The notes under the pieces are model-generated. The model was not told where the DNA came from, did no database searches, and was given only the letters and a program-made list of their open reading frames with translations. A stretch of DNA of 64,000 nt from assembly GCF_009914755.1 (NCBI RefSeq), contig NC_060938.1. One strand, written 5' to 3'. Position numbers and translations under genes: made by a program. Origin of the DNA: the human T2T-CHM13v2.0 reference genome, Homo sapiens. Shown one piece after another: positions 38,526 to 51,300 of this stretch; within the stretch, counting starts at the first letter, position 1; the number at the start of each line of letters is the position of its first letter.

Positions 38526-40110
38526 CACAGAGCTGGGTAGAAGTGAAGGGCATACATAGCAAGCCTTGCCAGATCTTGTACTAATTGTGTGTAGGCTACA
38601 GTAGTGAAAATGTTCCTCTAAGTTGTTTACAATCCTGGCTGTAATTGGTTCACATATGCTTCCTTTAATATAGAGTGTTCATCTTGATTTAAGTGACATG
38701 GAAATATATTAAAACAAAACGGGTTTGTAATGGTTGTTGACTCATGGATACTTTATAGTAGTCATCACAAACACGTTTAAGAAAATAGTGTACATGATTC
38801 TGATCTGCCTGAGAAAAACTAGAGGAATAAGACTTGAAATAAATTATCTTTTTATTCTGGAGACATTTTTATATAGCTGACATTCCTTTGTGCTGGAAAT
38901 GGAAACATTAAAAAGACAATGGGAATAACTTACAGTGATAATTTGAAACCATTGTCAGACTGTGACGCTGACTTGACTGGTGAAACAAACACACAAAGCC
39001 CCTTTCTTCCAACTTCTGTTTCCCAGTGGGCTTCACAAGTTCTTGCTTCCCCTGTCCGGCCACTCCCTTCTGGGTGTAGCTGGAAAAGTGGAGAAGGCCC
39101 AGGGATCTGTGGGACAGGAACAAGCCACCAGACCTGCTGTCTCCTAACCTTGGTGTTCTGGGGGAGCCTTGGAGCTGTCATACATACCTCTGTAAATTTT
39201 AAATGTTCCTTGTTTTAGTTTTTTATTTTTTTTCTTGAAAAGAACTTCCGCCAAGGTGGAAGCAGAGAATAGTTGTGTTAATGTAGCAATATGGGTCATC
39301 AGTAAGAACATACAAGGGCCGATTAATCCAGAGTTAGAAAATACAACTGAAAATTGAAATGCTAACTGTGATCCTGCATGTCTTTTAAGCACTGGTATTA
39401 GCTAAATACAGGAAACCTGCTTAAGGACATTATATGTTTTCCAGATGACTTCTAAGTTATTTGACAATTTGTGGACTAAAACTCATGTGTATATTTTTGC
39501 AAGCTAATTTTTGCTAACAAAAATATATTTAATTTCTGCAAGCTGTCTTTTGCTAATCTGACAGCGTAGGGTTCAAACAGAAATGAGAGTGAATGTGGAG
39601 GATTCTGAACTTTTAAGAAAGCAAGTAACTAAATTGGTTGTCTTACAAATAAAGATCCTGCAGACAACATTAACATGGTTTGAAAGTGAGAGATGAGGTT
39701 TAATTAGTATGCTATTTTCTAACTAGTTCATTTAAAAATATTTCTCAAGTGTATCTCTGGGGTCTATTAGAATGGTGCTAGTTGAATTGAGCCAGCCCTA
39801 ATACAGCCTCTGCAGAATACTCATTTGCTTATTTATACTCTGCCTCTTTCCAAAAAGATTTGAAGACTCTGACTTTATAAAATAGGAAACCTATAATTAC
39901 TTGTACATCACTCTTAAATTAAGTTCCTAGAAGTGATTTGAATTTCATTACAGCTGAAGTCTGTATTGCAACCCTTTCCTTTTGTGGAGTGTTTAGTGGG
40001 CAATTCTTTTATGACCATTCCTGTCTTTTCCCTTATTCAATACCTCTAACTTTTATGTTTAAAGCTTGAAAAATCTGCAGATAGATGAACTCTTTCCTCT
40101 CTGTTTCTAG

Positions 40111-40240
40111 GTACAATGGTGCTTTACCCAATGGAGATAGAGGACGGAGGAAAAGTAGATTTGCCCTCTACAAGCGGCCCAAGGCAAATGGTGTCAAACC
40201 CAGCACCGTCCATGTGATATCCACGCCCCAGGCATCCAAG
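40111..40240 (+). CDS. PELI2: Pellino-2 coding exon 2 (130 nt, phase 2 to phase 0; start of the FHA-domain region)
   Basis: Reads (G)YNGALPNGDRGRRKSRFALYKRPKANGVKPSTVHVISTPQASK. This matches Pellino-2 as recalled; PELI1 has YNGSLP...ALFKR...HIACTPQAAK. The acceptor is tctttcctctctgtttctag|G and the donor is AAG|gtaggt. Confidence 0.97.
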
Positions 40241-40339
40241 GTAGGTGGGTCTGTCAAGAGTTGGGAGGGTGCTGGCAAACAGTGACTCACAGATACTCCT
40301 TGTCCGCTGCTCTCTTTCCTTTCGTCTTTTCATGTAGGA

Positions 40340-40564
40340 CAGTCTCTCAGACCATTTGAGGCTGGATAATGCTTTGTTGTGAGGGGCTGTGCTGTGCATT
40401 GTAGGGTGTTTAGCAGCTTCCCTGGCCTTCACCCGCTAAGTGCCAGTAGCACCCCCGCATTCTTGCTCCCCACAGTTGTTAATCACTAAAAATGTCTCAA
40501 GACATTGCAGCCCGTCTCCTGGGGAGGGCTGGGCAGGTAAAATCTGTCCTATTAGGAAGCACTG
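40340..40564 (+). mobile_element. MER20 (hAT-Charlie)
   Basis: Contains ggataatgctttgttgtgaggggctgtgctgtgcattgtagggtgtttagcagc..aaaaatgtctcaagacattgc. Confidence 0.85.
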
Positions 40565-42417
40565 CTTTAGTATACCAAAGCAGCTAGCATTTATTGATTT
40601 GGAATAGATGTAGTTGAAATGTGATGTTCTTTATCCTAAAGAGTTTTTGTTTTAAATCTGGGTATAAACCTCATGATTTATTTTCCTTCTGTTAATTGAG
40701 TGTAGTAGGTGGTTTTACATAATCTGTATGTACATGGAATTGAATTTGTGTGGCTCATAGAAGGATGAAAAGTATACACGACCAAGTGATAAAAGAGGCC
40801 GACTATACATATTTTTTTCTCATAATTTTGAAGTGAATAAAATGCTAATTAAAAAAAACTGGTTATTTGTTTTCTGATCTATAAGTCGAGGAAAAAATCT
40901 GAGTTTTTATTCCAATTGATATATGTTACATAGTCGATTTATTACAGTGTTTCTTTAATTAAATAAATTCCTTAATATATAGTCTTATTTTCTATAAAAT
41001 ATATTTACATGAAGCATTTCATACGGGGCTACTGGCTGTACCTGTTGATCATGAGTTTGGACCACCTGGCATATAAATGAGAGTCTTGATTTCCATTTTT
41101 CCTGAAAACCCACTTTTGGAAGAAAAAGGAATGGCTTCATGGAAGCATGTGTGATATTTATATGCAATGTAAACATAGATCACCTTTGTTAATGTTTTTA
41201 TTTTTAAAAAGCTCCTATTTCTGAAGCAGTGCCATTGAAAGAATTTGTTAGGAGGTGCCAATTGAAGCGATCTTGTATTAATGAGGGATGAGTAGATAAG
41301 AAAATATCAAACACCACGGAAACAAGAAAGATTAATATTTAGTAGATAAGCCAAAGCTAGAAAAAGAGAAATAAACTAAACATTTTTAGGTGGAAAGAAC
41401 ATTTTATGAGGAAAACAAAGGAAATCCAACTTTACGAAGATTCTGAGGAAAGGAAGAGGTAAAATAACAACAGAATCTTAAGAGGTCAAGGAAGTAGGAG
41501 AAACATTTTATACTCCAAAAATATGTGGTGAAGAACGATACCAAAACAGATGTTTTTAAGCATGTGATGAGCACCAGAAATGTTCTGGTATTTAGATGTG
41601 GTCCTTATAATTTTGTCTATTTGTTGACATTTCTTTTGTTTCCTTCCTCTTTTTTAAAATCTTGGGTTCGTGTTAATACAATGGCTGACATTTTAAAAAA
41701 TGTATAGAAATATTGCTTTGATTACTCATGCTTCATGTTGTGATAGAATGAAAATTTGCAACTGTTGAGAGAAAAGTATCTCTTCTTTAATCTTTAGCCA
41801 CTGCCATCTCCTCCCATTTTAGCCTTTTATGTTTTACTTTTATACCTAGATTTTACTTCCAAGTTATTTAGATTATTAATCTTTTGATAATTGTCATCTA
41901 AGTCTGTGTTTAAAAATATTACCCACAGTACTAAAAGTAGGGCAGATTGGGTTTAGGTCTTGACCCTCTGTATTTTATAATCTGGGAAAAATATATTCTC
42001 AGGGCCTCAGTTTACTCATTAGAAACTGAGTAAATTGGCTTCAAGCAGGAGCTCTGTTGAATTAGAAAATATACTTTGTTCATAACAATAGAAATTATTC
42101 TGGCTAAGATAAAACAGACAAAAGTAAGATAAATTATTATAGGCTAGCCCTCAGAATCAGAGAAAAGTTGAGTAACCAGGTTTTGAGAGAGAGGAGAACT
42201 GGAGTATCAACAACAGTGCACATGGATATTTTTTCAAGAGTGTTAGATAGTGACTTTCCTCCAACCAACTTCTATCTCTTTTAAAGGTTTACATTTTCAA
42301 GAGAGAGACTCTGATAGGTCTCCCCTGGGTCACCGAACTATGACCAAGGGAGATGGGCAAACTAAGAGCAGACATATTTATTGTGAGCAGATCAACCACA
42401 CCATGTTGCCTTTCAGA

Positions 42418-42620
42418 CTCTCAAACTCTCGTCCCGGCCAGCTGTACCCGGCCACTCCTGCTGCTTGGTTTGCTCTGTTGGCACCTTCTACCTTGGCGCC
42501 CCCCATCTACCTCTTCCGCCCCTTACTCCTGCTCCCTCTCAAACTCTCATCCCTGCCAGCTGTGCCAGGCCACTGCTGCTGCTGGGTCTGCTCTGTTGGC
42601 ACCTTCTACCTTGGAGCTCC
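42418..42620. repeat. 85-bp direct repeat (42418-42502 and 42536-42620), ~89% identical, 33-bp spacer
   Basis: ctctcaaactctc...tgctctgttggcaccttctaccttgg occurs twice with period 118. Confidence 0.9.
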
Positions 42621-43614
42621 AGCCAGTTGTGAACTCAGCCCTTTACATATTTAACCTTTTCTTCAGATACCCCTCCCACTTCCTGGCTTTAACTGAATCT
42701 GATTTTCAATGAATGCACTCTTTTGTTATTTTTTCCATCTTATGTTTGTGGAACATATTTCAGTGACTCGGTACCTACCCCCGAGTCTCTTTCTCCCTGA
42801 CCCCGTAGCATCTATAGCTTGTAGTACTTTAACTCTTTCAGTTTCTTTGCCACTTTTCCCACTGATATGGTGCTCCTTACAGCCCATTTTCACTTGGAAA
42901 TGAGAATTATCTCCAGTTCATTCTATTTTTGGATATACTTCCTTATCTCTTATCAAGATATCCAACCCATTAGCCTGTCTCTGTTTGCCACGGTTATTGG
43001 CCCACTTGGCCTCTCCAGGTATATCTTAATTCCACTCCAGATTCTCTTTCTCTGGGCTCTATGGATATCCTTCTTCCTGTGTCTCTGGCTCTGGGCCCTT
43101 CCTGACCCTGGTGGACTTTTTTTTTTTTTTTTTTTTTGGTCTTTATTACTCACCCCATGCCCCTTAAGAATGCCAGTAAATGTCATGGTACTTGGCAGAC
43201 ACTGGCCTGAAATGACAGTGGTTTGTGTACCCTGAGATTTTTGATGCTGCAGTATTGGTAATGAAAGTTCATCTTTGATTGTAGTTGGGAAAGTGGGACC
43301 TAGAAGGGTAGGTGTGGTTATTCATTGCTAGGATTTAAGCTCTTTGCCTTTTGGCTGTCTTGTTTCTTCCCTCCACCACAACAATCATTCTCTCTGCCCA
43401 CATTCTGGGGGCAGAACAGGGATATCCCTTTGCTGGTGGTCGTGGCAGCTGGGAAACAGGACCTCTTAGTTTTCCATGCATGTCTATATCCAGGCTAAGT
43501 CAAATGAGGATGGCAAGTGCGTGCTACTGTTGTGTAATCTCTATTTGTGTAGTGTTTATTCATGTATGTATTTGCTCTTAGAATAATACTCAGAGGTATT
43601 TCTCTGATTATGTA

Positions 43615-43615
<1 letters not shown>

Positions 43616-43647
<32 letters not shown>
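43616..43647. repeat. (TG)16 microsatellite
   Basis: Read directly from the sequence. Confidence 0.97.
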
Positions 43648-43651
<4 letters not shown>

Positions 43652-43711
43652 TAAATTAAAAGTCCTGTTTTACTTCTGGCCATTCTGTTGCATAGGCATA
43701 GGGCTTTTAGC

Positions 43712-44105
43712 AATTTATTCACCCATCCATTTATTCAACAAATATTTATTCAGCACCTTCCATGGCCAGGCATCATGCCAGGTATTGGATATTCTGCTGT
43801 GAACAAACACATCCACATGGAGCTAAATGTCTAGTGAGTAGGCAAACGAGAAAGAATCATGGGTTATACATTCAACTGCGCATTGTGGAAAGTGCTAAGA
43901 GGAAGGGGGCACAGAGTTTAGACAAGGTACAAGGAAGGACCTCTAAAAAAGTGGTGCGAGAGCTGTGAGCTGGAGAGGAGAGAGGAGTTGACCAAAAAAG
44001 CAGAGATCCAGGTGTCTTGTGGGTCTGGCTGGAAAATTTGGATTTTTAAATAAGGGGAAATATTGAAGGGTGTGAAGCAGAGGGAGTGACATGATGTGAC
44101 TGAGA
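43712..44105 (-). mobile_element. L2 3' fragment
   Basis: Contains catttattcaacaaatatttattcagcacc..gccaggca..gtgaacaaa..tgaagggtgtgaagcagagggagtgacatgat. Confidence 0.75.
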
Positions 44106-44999
44106 AATCAAGTCAGTTTATGTGTTCGTTTACTTTTTTATGATATGGGACAACTATTTTGCTCTTACTTAACCAGTAAATAGTATGATGGTGGTGGTGG
44201 TGACGGTGTGGATACTGGTGCCTAATAGGAAATATTTTGTTAGCTGCATGTTTTAAATTTAGCAACATTACTATGGAAAACTCTTCATGATGGTTTTCCC
44301 TTCTCAGATTATGCTTTATTGAAATGTCCTTTTTTGGATATTTTACTTTTAAAAAGTAACTGAAAATCACTTTATTCCAGCTGGCCTATTTCCGAATGGA
44401 AAATATTAGTGGTCTTTGATAGTTTAGAGAAACATGAGGGCCATTTAATGTCATTGCTACAACCAGGCTGCTCTTCACCGTGTTTGGGCTGCTGTGGCTC
44501 TACTGGTTGATAAAATATTGAAACACTTTCTTATCAGTTGATGAATAATACAACAGTAACCGTGAGAAGTGGTAAAACTAACAATATAATTTTCAACATA
44601 AACTCATTCACCCTAGCTGATTTTGTAGGATGTGCTGGGGTCCACTTTGGAAGCGCTCACTGTCTGTCTGCCGAGCCTGTGTCTCATGGCAGTGAGTGGC
44701 GTTGATCTCCTGCACGTTCATGATGGAGCTGGGGCCTCGGTGCTTCGGGAGAGTCATCACCTTATCATCAGCCTCAGACTTTTGCATTGCTCCTGCTTTT
44801 AATAACTGAGTTTTAAATAGGTCTTTCTTTGGTTTCTTTCATTGTTACTGCATTATAACTCTTGGATTGGTCGTGTGTGGTGTTTCATACTTAGAAGTTC
44901 AATAATTAATTTGTTGAGTATTTTATTTTAAATAAAGAGGCAATGAAGTTTGGGAAGGTTTTCTTTTTTTAGATGTCATAAACATGAATATTCTGAATC

Positions 45000-46670
45000 T
45001 CTGAGAGAAGAAAAAAATAACAGTAATAAAACACAGTTAAGAATATCTTTAATACTGTGCAGGAATATAAACCTGAAACAAATGATTTGTAGGTCTAGAA
45101 TCAAGAACAATTTGATTATTTCAACAAAAAATAATAAACATAAATCATTTTCCAAAAAATTGAAATAACAACATCCAAAAACATTTTATCTGAGAGTTTT
45201 GACAAGGCAAAGGAAAAAAAATTTACGAAGTATCAATATAATATACTGTATAGTTTAAAATAATTTTCTGACATTAAGTATTTATTAGGACTTCAAGAAT
45301 TGTTTTTATGTGAATGTAGCATGGAAGTTTGGGTTTATGGTCCTGATCGTTGCAAAACATATATCTACTGAGATGCAAAAATGCATTTTGGAGAACTTAT
45401 AAATCAGGAAGGTAAAATTTCAGTCATTATTGACATGGCTCCAACAATTTCACATAGAAATGTTTTAATAATTTACTTAAAATGCAATATTCAAGACTTC
45501 AAAGACAGTGTGATGGTTTTTATTGATTTCATGAAGCTGGAAGGAACAACATCTGAAATATATTAAACTTTATTAGTCATACTCAAGAAAAATGGTTTCA
45601 ATGAGAAATACTTACATGAAAACCTTGTGAATGTTTCACAGATGGTGCAAGTATAGTGTTAGGGAGAAAAAGTTGTCTTAGCTGAAATTCTAGAAAAACT
45701 TCTAGGTGTTTTCATTTGATGCTGTCTCACTTATATTTGGTTATCTCTGGATGATGCAATAGGAAGATAAGCCAAGTAAACCACTTAACTTTTTTTTTGG
45801 AAATTTTACATTTATCTTGTATCAAATAAATACTAGAGAATTAAATAACATATTTGAGACCTTGGAATTGAGATGACTGTTTGGACCTTTAACGGTCAGC
45901 CGAAGATGGGAATATTCATGTTAATGGACATTGTTAAAATAGCATTTGGACAATTTTTTTAGCAGTTTGGCTCTATTACATGATATACTAACCAATGTGA
46001 ATTTTTCCATGGTTTTAGAAAAAAGAAAAATTTTAATTATTAAAATGGACAGATTTATTTGACAAATACTAAGTGATAGAATATATAAACCAAATACAGG
46101 AAACTGTGATGGAGAAGAAGGTATTAGAGGAACAAACAAATTTGAAATGAAACAAAATATTAATTCCAAGGGAAAAACTCTTACATTGCCTGGCAAATTA
46201 AAAGAAAATGCACTTATTTGGTGACAAATCTAAGGAATACAATTAAATTTTAATAACATCCTTTTAATTTATTGATTCTGAGAACTTGGCTAATTGTTGT
46301 TTTCAAAGCACCATAGATTGAAGGCAAACAAAATTTTGTATAATTAAGCCAGAAATGAAACAGAACAATCCAATAAATAAGGGATTTTCATAAGGCTTGG
46401 ATGGTAATAGAAATAGTGAATATAAAATCTCAGTATTATTAGGGCTGAAAAAATAGAATTTAACTAATATTAGTTCAGTAGAAGGTAATGGAAGATTTAC
46501 TATGAGCAGTATTATGTGATGGGAAAATCTGTATATATTAAGACTTGGTTTGCCCATTGTTTTAAATTAAATGGGGGAAATTATTGAAAGAATTTGGTTT
46601 CGTATATCAATCACAGCTCATATATTGCTTAGCTTGTGACAGATACATCAAATAAAAAGATCATACCAGT
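45000..46670 (+). pseudogene. Fossil hAT (Tip100-group, Arthur-like) transposase related to KIAA1586
   Basis: Colinear broken peptides: YNILYSLK*FSDIKYLLGLQE (45237), IVAKHISTEMQK (45346), GKISVIIDMAPTISHRNVLIIYLKC, NGFNEKYLHENL, TDGASIVLGRKS (45638), FI*CCLTY..LSLDDAI (45711-45761), LALLHDIL and ISSVEG (46469). Many stops and frameshifts. Confidence 0.8.
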
Positions 46671-47672
46671 AATTTGTAACAATTAACAGATGACTTGGAA
46701 ATGAGTCACATGATTTGATGAATGGTTGCTGTTAGAACTTACTTCACCTGGGATACGGTTTCATAAAATGTGTAATTCATATTATTTAGAGAACAAATGG
46801 AATATTTTACAATTTTTTATTTATATGGCTATTTTTTTATTAAAAGGCTGGTTGTTAAATAATATCACTCCTGACATGAATAACTTTAATAAGTATATCT
46901 GTGATTAGGTGATTATCCTATTATATGTTTTACATAGAGTGAGTTTTAGATCAAGAATTGGCTGTTACTAACCCTCTATTACATTTCCATTAATTTTGAC
47001 TAATCAGTACTTTTCTGTAAAATTTGATTAATCAATACTTTTATGTTTTTATGTAGTTCTTTTGGTAATTCTGTCGTTGCAAATAATGTAAGTATAGTAA
47101 TTTGTGAGCTGTTCTTTTTCCTTCTTATTTTTGGTTTAGTTTTTCACTTCTGTTACTCACAAAGCAAACATTAGGCTCTCTTATTTAAATACATTTTCTT
47201 TCAAACCACCTAAGTAAAATGTTGAGCTTTTTGCTGCTGTATTTAAGCCAGGCAGTGTTACTTTCACTGATTTAAGATCTGAAGCAGCATACCTACTTAT
47301 CATCATTTCATTATACAGATTTGTGTAAGAGTGTTTAAAGTAGGTTTTAAGATACAGTATGTTTAAAATTAAAATTTGAGGTATGATTTGCAGTGTCCAC
47401 TGAATACTTCAAGAAAGTAGAAGAGTTGCTTCATTATATCACAGTTTTGTTAGTTTCAGCAATTAATCTAGTTTGACATTAGCATTTTTGTTTTTCTGTA
47501 ATCTTTTTTTTTCTAGCATATGTAGTTTCATCTTTTCAAGGACCAACAACTAATTTTGTGTGTATGTATTGATACTTAACATAAATTGCTGCTTTGCTGT
47601 GTGGTCTGGGTAGAATTATTCATTGTTTTCTAGCAAAAAGGGACATTTGTCTCTTTTTTCCTGCATGTATTA

Positions 47673-48301
47673 TGTGGTTGGGAGAATAATTTCTGTCCCC
47701 ATTCTCCCAAGATGCTCATACATTAATCACTGGAATCTGTGAATATATTACCTTACATGGCAAAAGGGATTTTGCAGGTGGAATTAAGGTCATGAGACTT
47801 AAAATAGGGAGATTATCCTGGATTATCTGGGTGGGCCCATTGTAATCACAAGCATCCTTAATAGTGAAAGGGGAATGGAGAAGACTCATGAGATGTGAGG
47901 GAAGAAGGAGCAGGAGAGATTTGGAGCATGAGAGGGACTCCACCTGCTGCTTCTGGATCTGAAGAAGAGGGGACTATGAGCCAAGGAGTGCAGGTGGCTT
48001 CTAGAAGCTGAGAACAGCCCTGGCAGCTGTCCAGCAAGGAAACAAGGGCTTCAGTCCTGTAATCACATGGAACTCAATCCTGCCAGGTCCCTGAATGTCC
48101 CTGAAAACAGATTATTCCCTAGAACCTCCATAGATGCTGCCCTGTCAGCCCCTTGATTTTGGCCTTGTAAGACTCAGGCAGAGAAATCAGCCAAGCCTGC
48201 TGAACTTCTGGCAAACAGATCTGTGACATAATACATTAGTGTTGTTTTTAGCTGCTAAGTTTTGTGGTAATTTGTTATAACCACAAGAGAAAACTTATAC
48301 A
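47673..48301 (+). mobile_element. MLT1D/E-type LTR (sense)
   Basis: Contains ctgtgaatatattaccttacatggcaaaagggattttgcag..gagattatcctggattatctgggtgggccc..gctaagttttgtggtaatttgtta. TSD tatta/tacta. Confidence 0.87.
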
Positions 48302-50653
48302 TACTATTTTATGGAAAATCAAATGCAAAATACCTCACATTACTGAGCAGCTCTTAATCTCGTGGTGGGGGAAATGAAAGGTTGGGGAAGAGATGAAAGA
48401 ATTGAGAGGCAGGGAATGAGGTTTTTTGTTTCTTTTAAAATTCTTTTGGATGGAGCATTAGAGCAGGAAAGCTTGACTCTAGCACTCAGTAACTTAATTA
48501 TCTGTGTAATTATCTGCATTACTGATATACAGTAATTACAATTTTGACTTGATGCATGTATTCGTTGGAAAAATAATTTAATTTGTGTTGTCCTTAAAGC
48601 ATAATTTTATTAGAGTTGCTTTTAACATGTCAGTGCGGAAAGAATAGTTCTATCTGCATTTATAATTATGCTTCTACTCAAACTTATTTGAATTATGACC
48701 CTGATTCAGGCACTTGCAGCCCATCTTTTCATGGAGGAAAAGAATCTTCTGCTGCAAATTAAAAAAACAAACATGGAGCATTAAAGTTCGAAGGAACTTT
48801 ATTCAAACTGACTGCTCATTCAACAAATGAAGGAGTTAAAAAGTTCAAGGAAGCTCAGTATGTTGACCTAAGTCACTAAGCCAGGTGCGCTACCCAGGAC
48901 CCAAGAATGTTGGTCTGTTGCTGCAGATGGCAGGTAGAAAATATTCTGAAGGATAAGACCAAAGCTGGGTTCTGCTCCTCATTTTTCCACGTTTCTATAC
49001 TGTGAATTGGGAAATTTATTCATCTCCAAACTAGAATGCTGCAACCCTAAAATAAGTGAATATGATATTTGCCAATAAAAATGGAAGTTGCCTTGTAGAC
49101 CTACAAGGGACAAGTTTGTACATTATTTAAGTATCAGTGTTAGGATAAGCTGTCAGTCTAAAATCAGGTGCTCTGTAGAAAGAGCCTGTTCTACAAAAGC
49201 AAAAATAATGGAGGCTTGACTTTTAAGTAGTTTGGTTGTAGGGGTAGTTATGACCGCTTGTAGTAGAGAATATATCAGGATAAGTTCTGTATAGCTGAAA
49301 AGAAGTCACAGACTTCAAGGGAGGATCATTGAGGTACCAGTGGCTGACTTGGAATGGTTGTGGCCTGTTTTGTTACACCTTTTGCTTTTCACGTTAAAGT
49401 GCGTGATTGGCCTTAACTTTTCTGAAAAAGTACTTTATCCTCTTTGAAGTCCTCCCATTGCTGACTGATTCACAGAGATACCTATTTATAAGCTCTTTGT
49501 TGATCATAACCGTGTTCCAGGGGAGGCACGAATGAGTGGCTTCAGGAAGATTTGGTTTTGTTTTATTGAAGTTAGAGGTGATGGAGGGCAGCCTAGGTTT
49601 GGGAGCTCTCAGATAGGCAGCTCCCTTCTGGTTCACACTGTGCTCATTCTGCTGCCAGGTGAGCCCTGCAGGATCGCCGTGCTCTTCTCTGTGCTCCGCA
49701 GGTGGCCACGTTTTCTCTGGCCTGTGGACCTTCGCAGGGGGCGTTGTCGTTGCCCAGGATGTTCTTCAGCCTGGTGTACTAGCCCTCAATATCAGTATTC
49801 GGAAAAGTTGGCCCAGCTGCCATTTCCTCCTTGGACGTCTCCCCTCACTCCCAGCCTCAGTGAGAAGTCTTTCTGTGAACTCCTAGAATGCCTCTTGTAA
49901 ATCCCCACAAGTGCTCTGACGCTGCATTGGAATTGGCTGACTTCTCGTGTCTTCCTGGACGGCAGGCTCCTTGAAGGCAGATACTATCTTTCATTTCTGT
50001 ACTCCCATTGCCAAGCACACTTTGTTGAATGAGTAACCAAATAGTGTGACCTGCTTTGGGACAGTCACTGGTTCTAATGGGTCAATAACTAATGGATTGG
50101 TATTCTGCAAACCCACAGGCACATGCATAGATAGTTTATGTATCAGGTGTGCTTGGTAAATTTTGTTCAGGTTAGTTCTGGAATCTTGGGATTATACTAT
50201 GAATATTGCTTTCTATCCTTTTTTCCGTCTCTTATGTTACGACATTTCCCTGTATCATAAAATGACCATTGAAAACTTGGTTTTTAGCCACTGCATAGTA
50301 TTTCATTATGTTAATGTATTCAGTGTGTTAACATTAAAATTTAACCCTTCTATTGTCGTTTCTAAATTTTTCTATTATAAATAGCATCATGATAAGCAGC
50401 TTTGCATAAAAACTTGTGTGTATCTCTGGTCTTTTTTCCTTCTCATTTCAGGCACAGCATTTGTTTTTGAGAGTTTTAAGATGTAATGGTTGATTATATA
50501 TTTTTTAAATTATGAAAAGCAGAACTGAGTGAAAGTGTGGGCTTTCAAATGTAGATTTTTTGAATGTTTAGTTTCCCTGTTTAATATCTGTAGGCTCTTG
50601 GGCAAAAGATGCCTTTTTGTGGCTCATCTTTCACTTTATAAAATAGGGATTTA

Positions 50654-50950
50654 GGCTGGTCGCAGTGGCTCATGTCTGTAATCCCAGCACTTTAGAAGGC
50701 TGAGACAGGTGGATCACCTGAGGTCAGGAGTTCGAGACCAGCCTGACCAATATGGTGAAACCCCGTCTCTACTAAAAATAGAAAAATCAGCCGGGTGTGG
50801 TGGCCTGTGCCTGTAGTCCCAGCTACTGGGGAGGCTGAGACAGGAGACAGCTTGATCCCGGGTTGTGGAGGTTGCAGTGAGTCAAGATCTCGCCACTGCA
50901 CTCCAGCCTGGGTGACAGAACGAAACTCTGTCTCAAAGAAAATAAAATAA
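50654..50950 (+). mobile_element. AluSx-type SINE
   Basis: Full dimer. TSD taaaa(t/c)agggattta. Confidence 0.94.
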
Positions 50951-50961
50951 AACAGGGATTT

Positions 50962-51300
50962 ATATCAGTCAGTTGAGACCAGGTTATTGTACAGTAACAA
51001 CTCTGAAATCTCAGTGAGTTGACAGCAATAAAGCATGTTTACTACTCAGTTTTTGTCCATCATGGGTTAACTTGGGGGCTGTGTTCCTTGTGGAAATTCA
51101 GGAAGCCACACTGATGGAGGTTCCATCTTGATGTATACTTCAAAGATTATGTAGGACGAGGTAAGAGAGAGAACATAGCTCTTCAAGCTTCCGCCTGGAA
51201 GTGACATGCTTTTGTTGCACTGGCTAAAGCAACTTTCATGGCTCTCTGCCTGATTTCACAGGTTGGGAATGTATAATCCCTGCTGGTAGTAATAAAGTCT
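50962..51300 (-). mobile_element. Old MLT1 (I/J-like) LTR
   Basis: Contains cagtaacaactctgaaatctcagtg..ctgatggagg..aagcttccgcctggaagtgaca..tggctaaagcaa..catggc. Confidence 0.62.

Noticed and set aside
40085-40285. A stand-alone 66-aa gene
   Set aside because: It is PELI2 exon 2 read through its flanking intronic sequence. Canonical splice sites delimit 40111-40240.
43117-43147. Minus-strand AATAAA followed by A21, suggesting a retrocopy tail
   Set aside because: Only 4 nt separate the signal and the A-run, no TSD was found, and no parent sequence is recognisable.
49695-49744. Two CTCF-like cores (gcaggtggc, gcagggggcg)
   Set aside because: Both lack the conserved 5' CC of the motif and cannot be supported without ChIP data.
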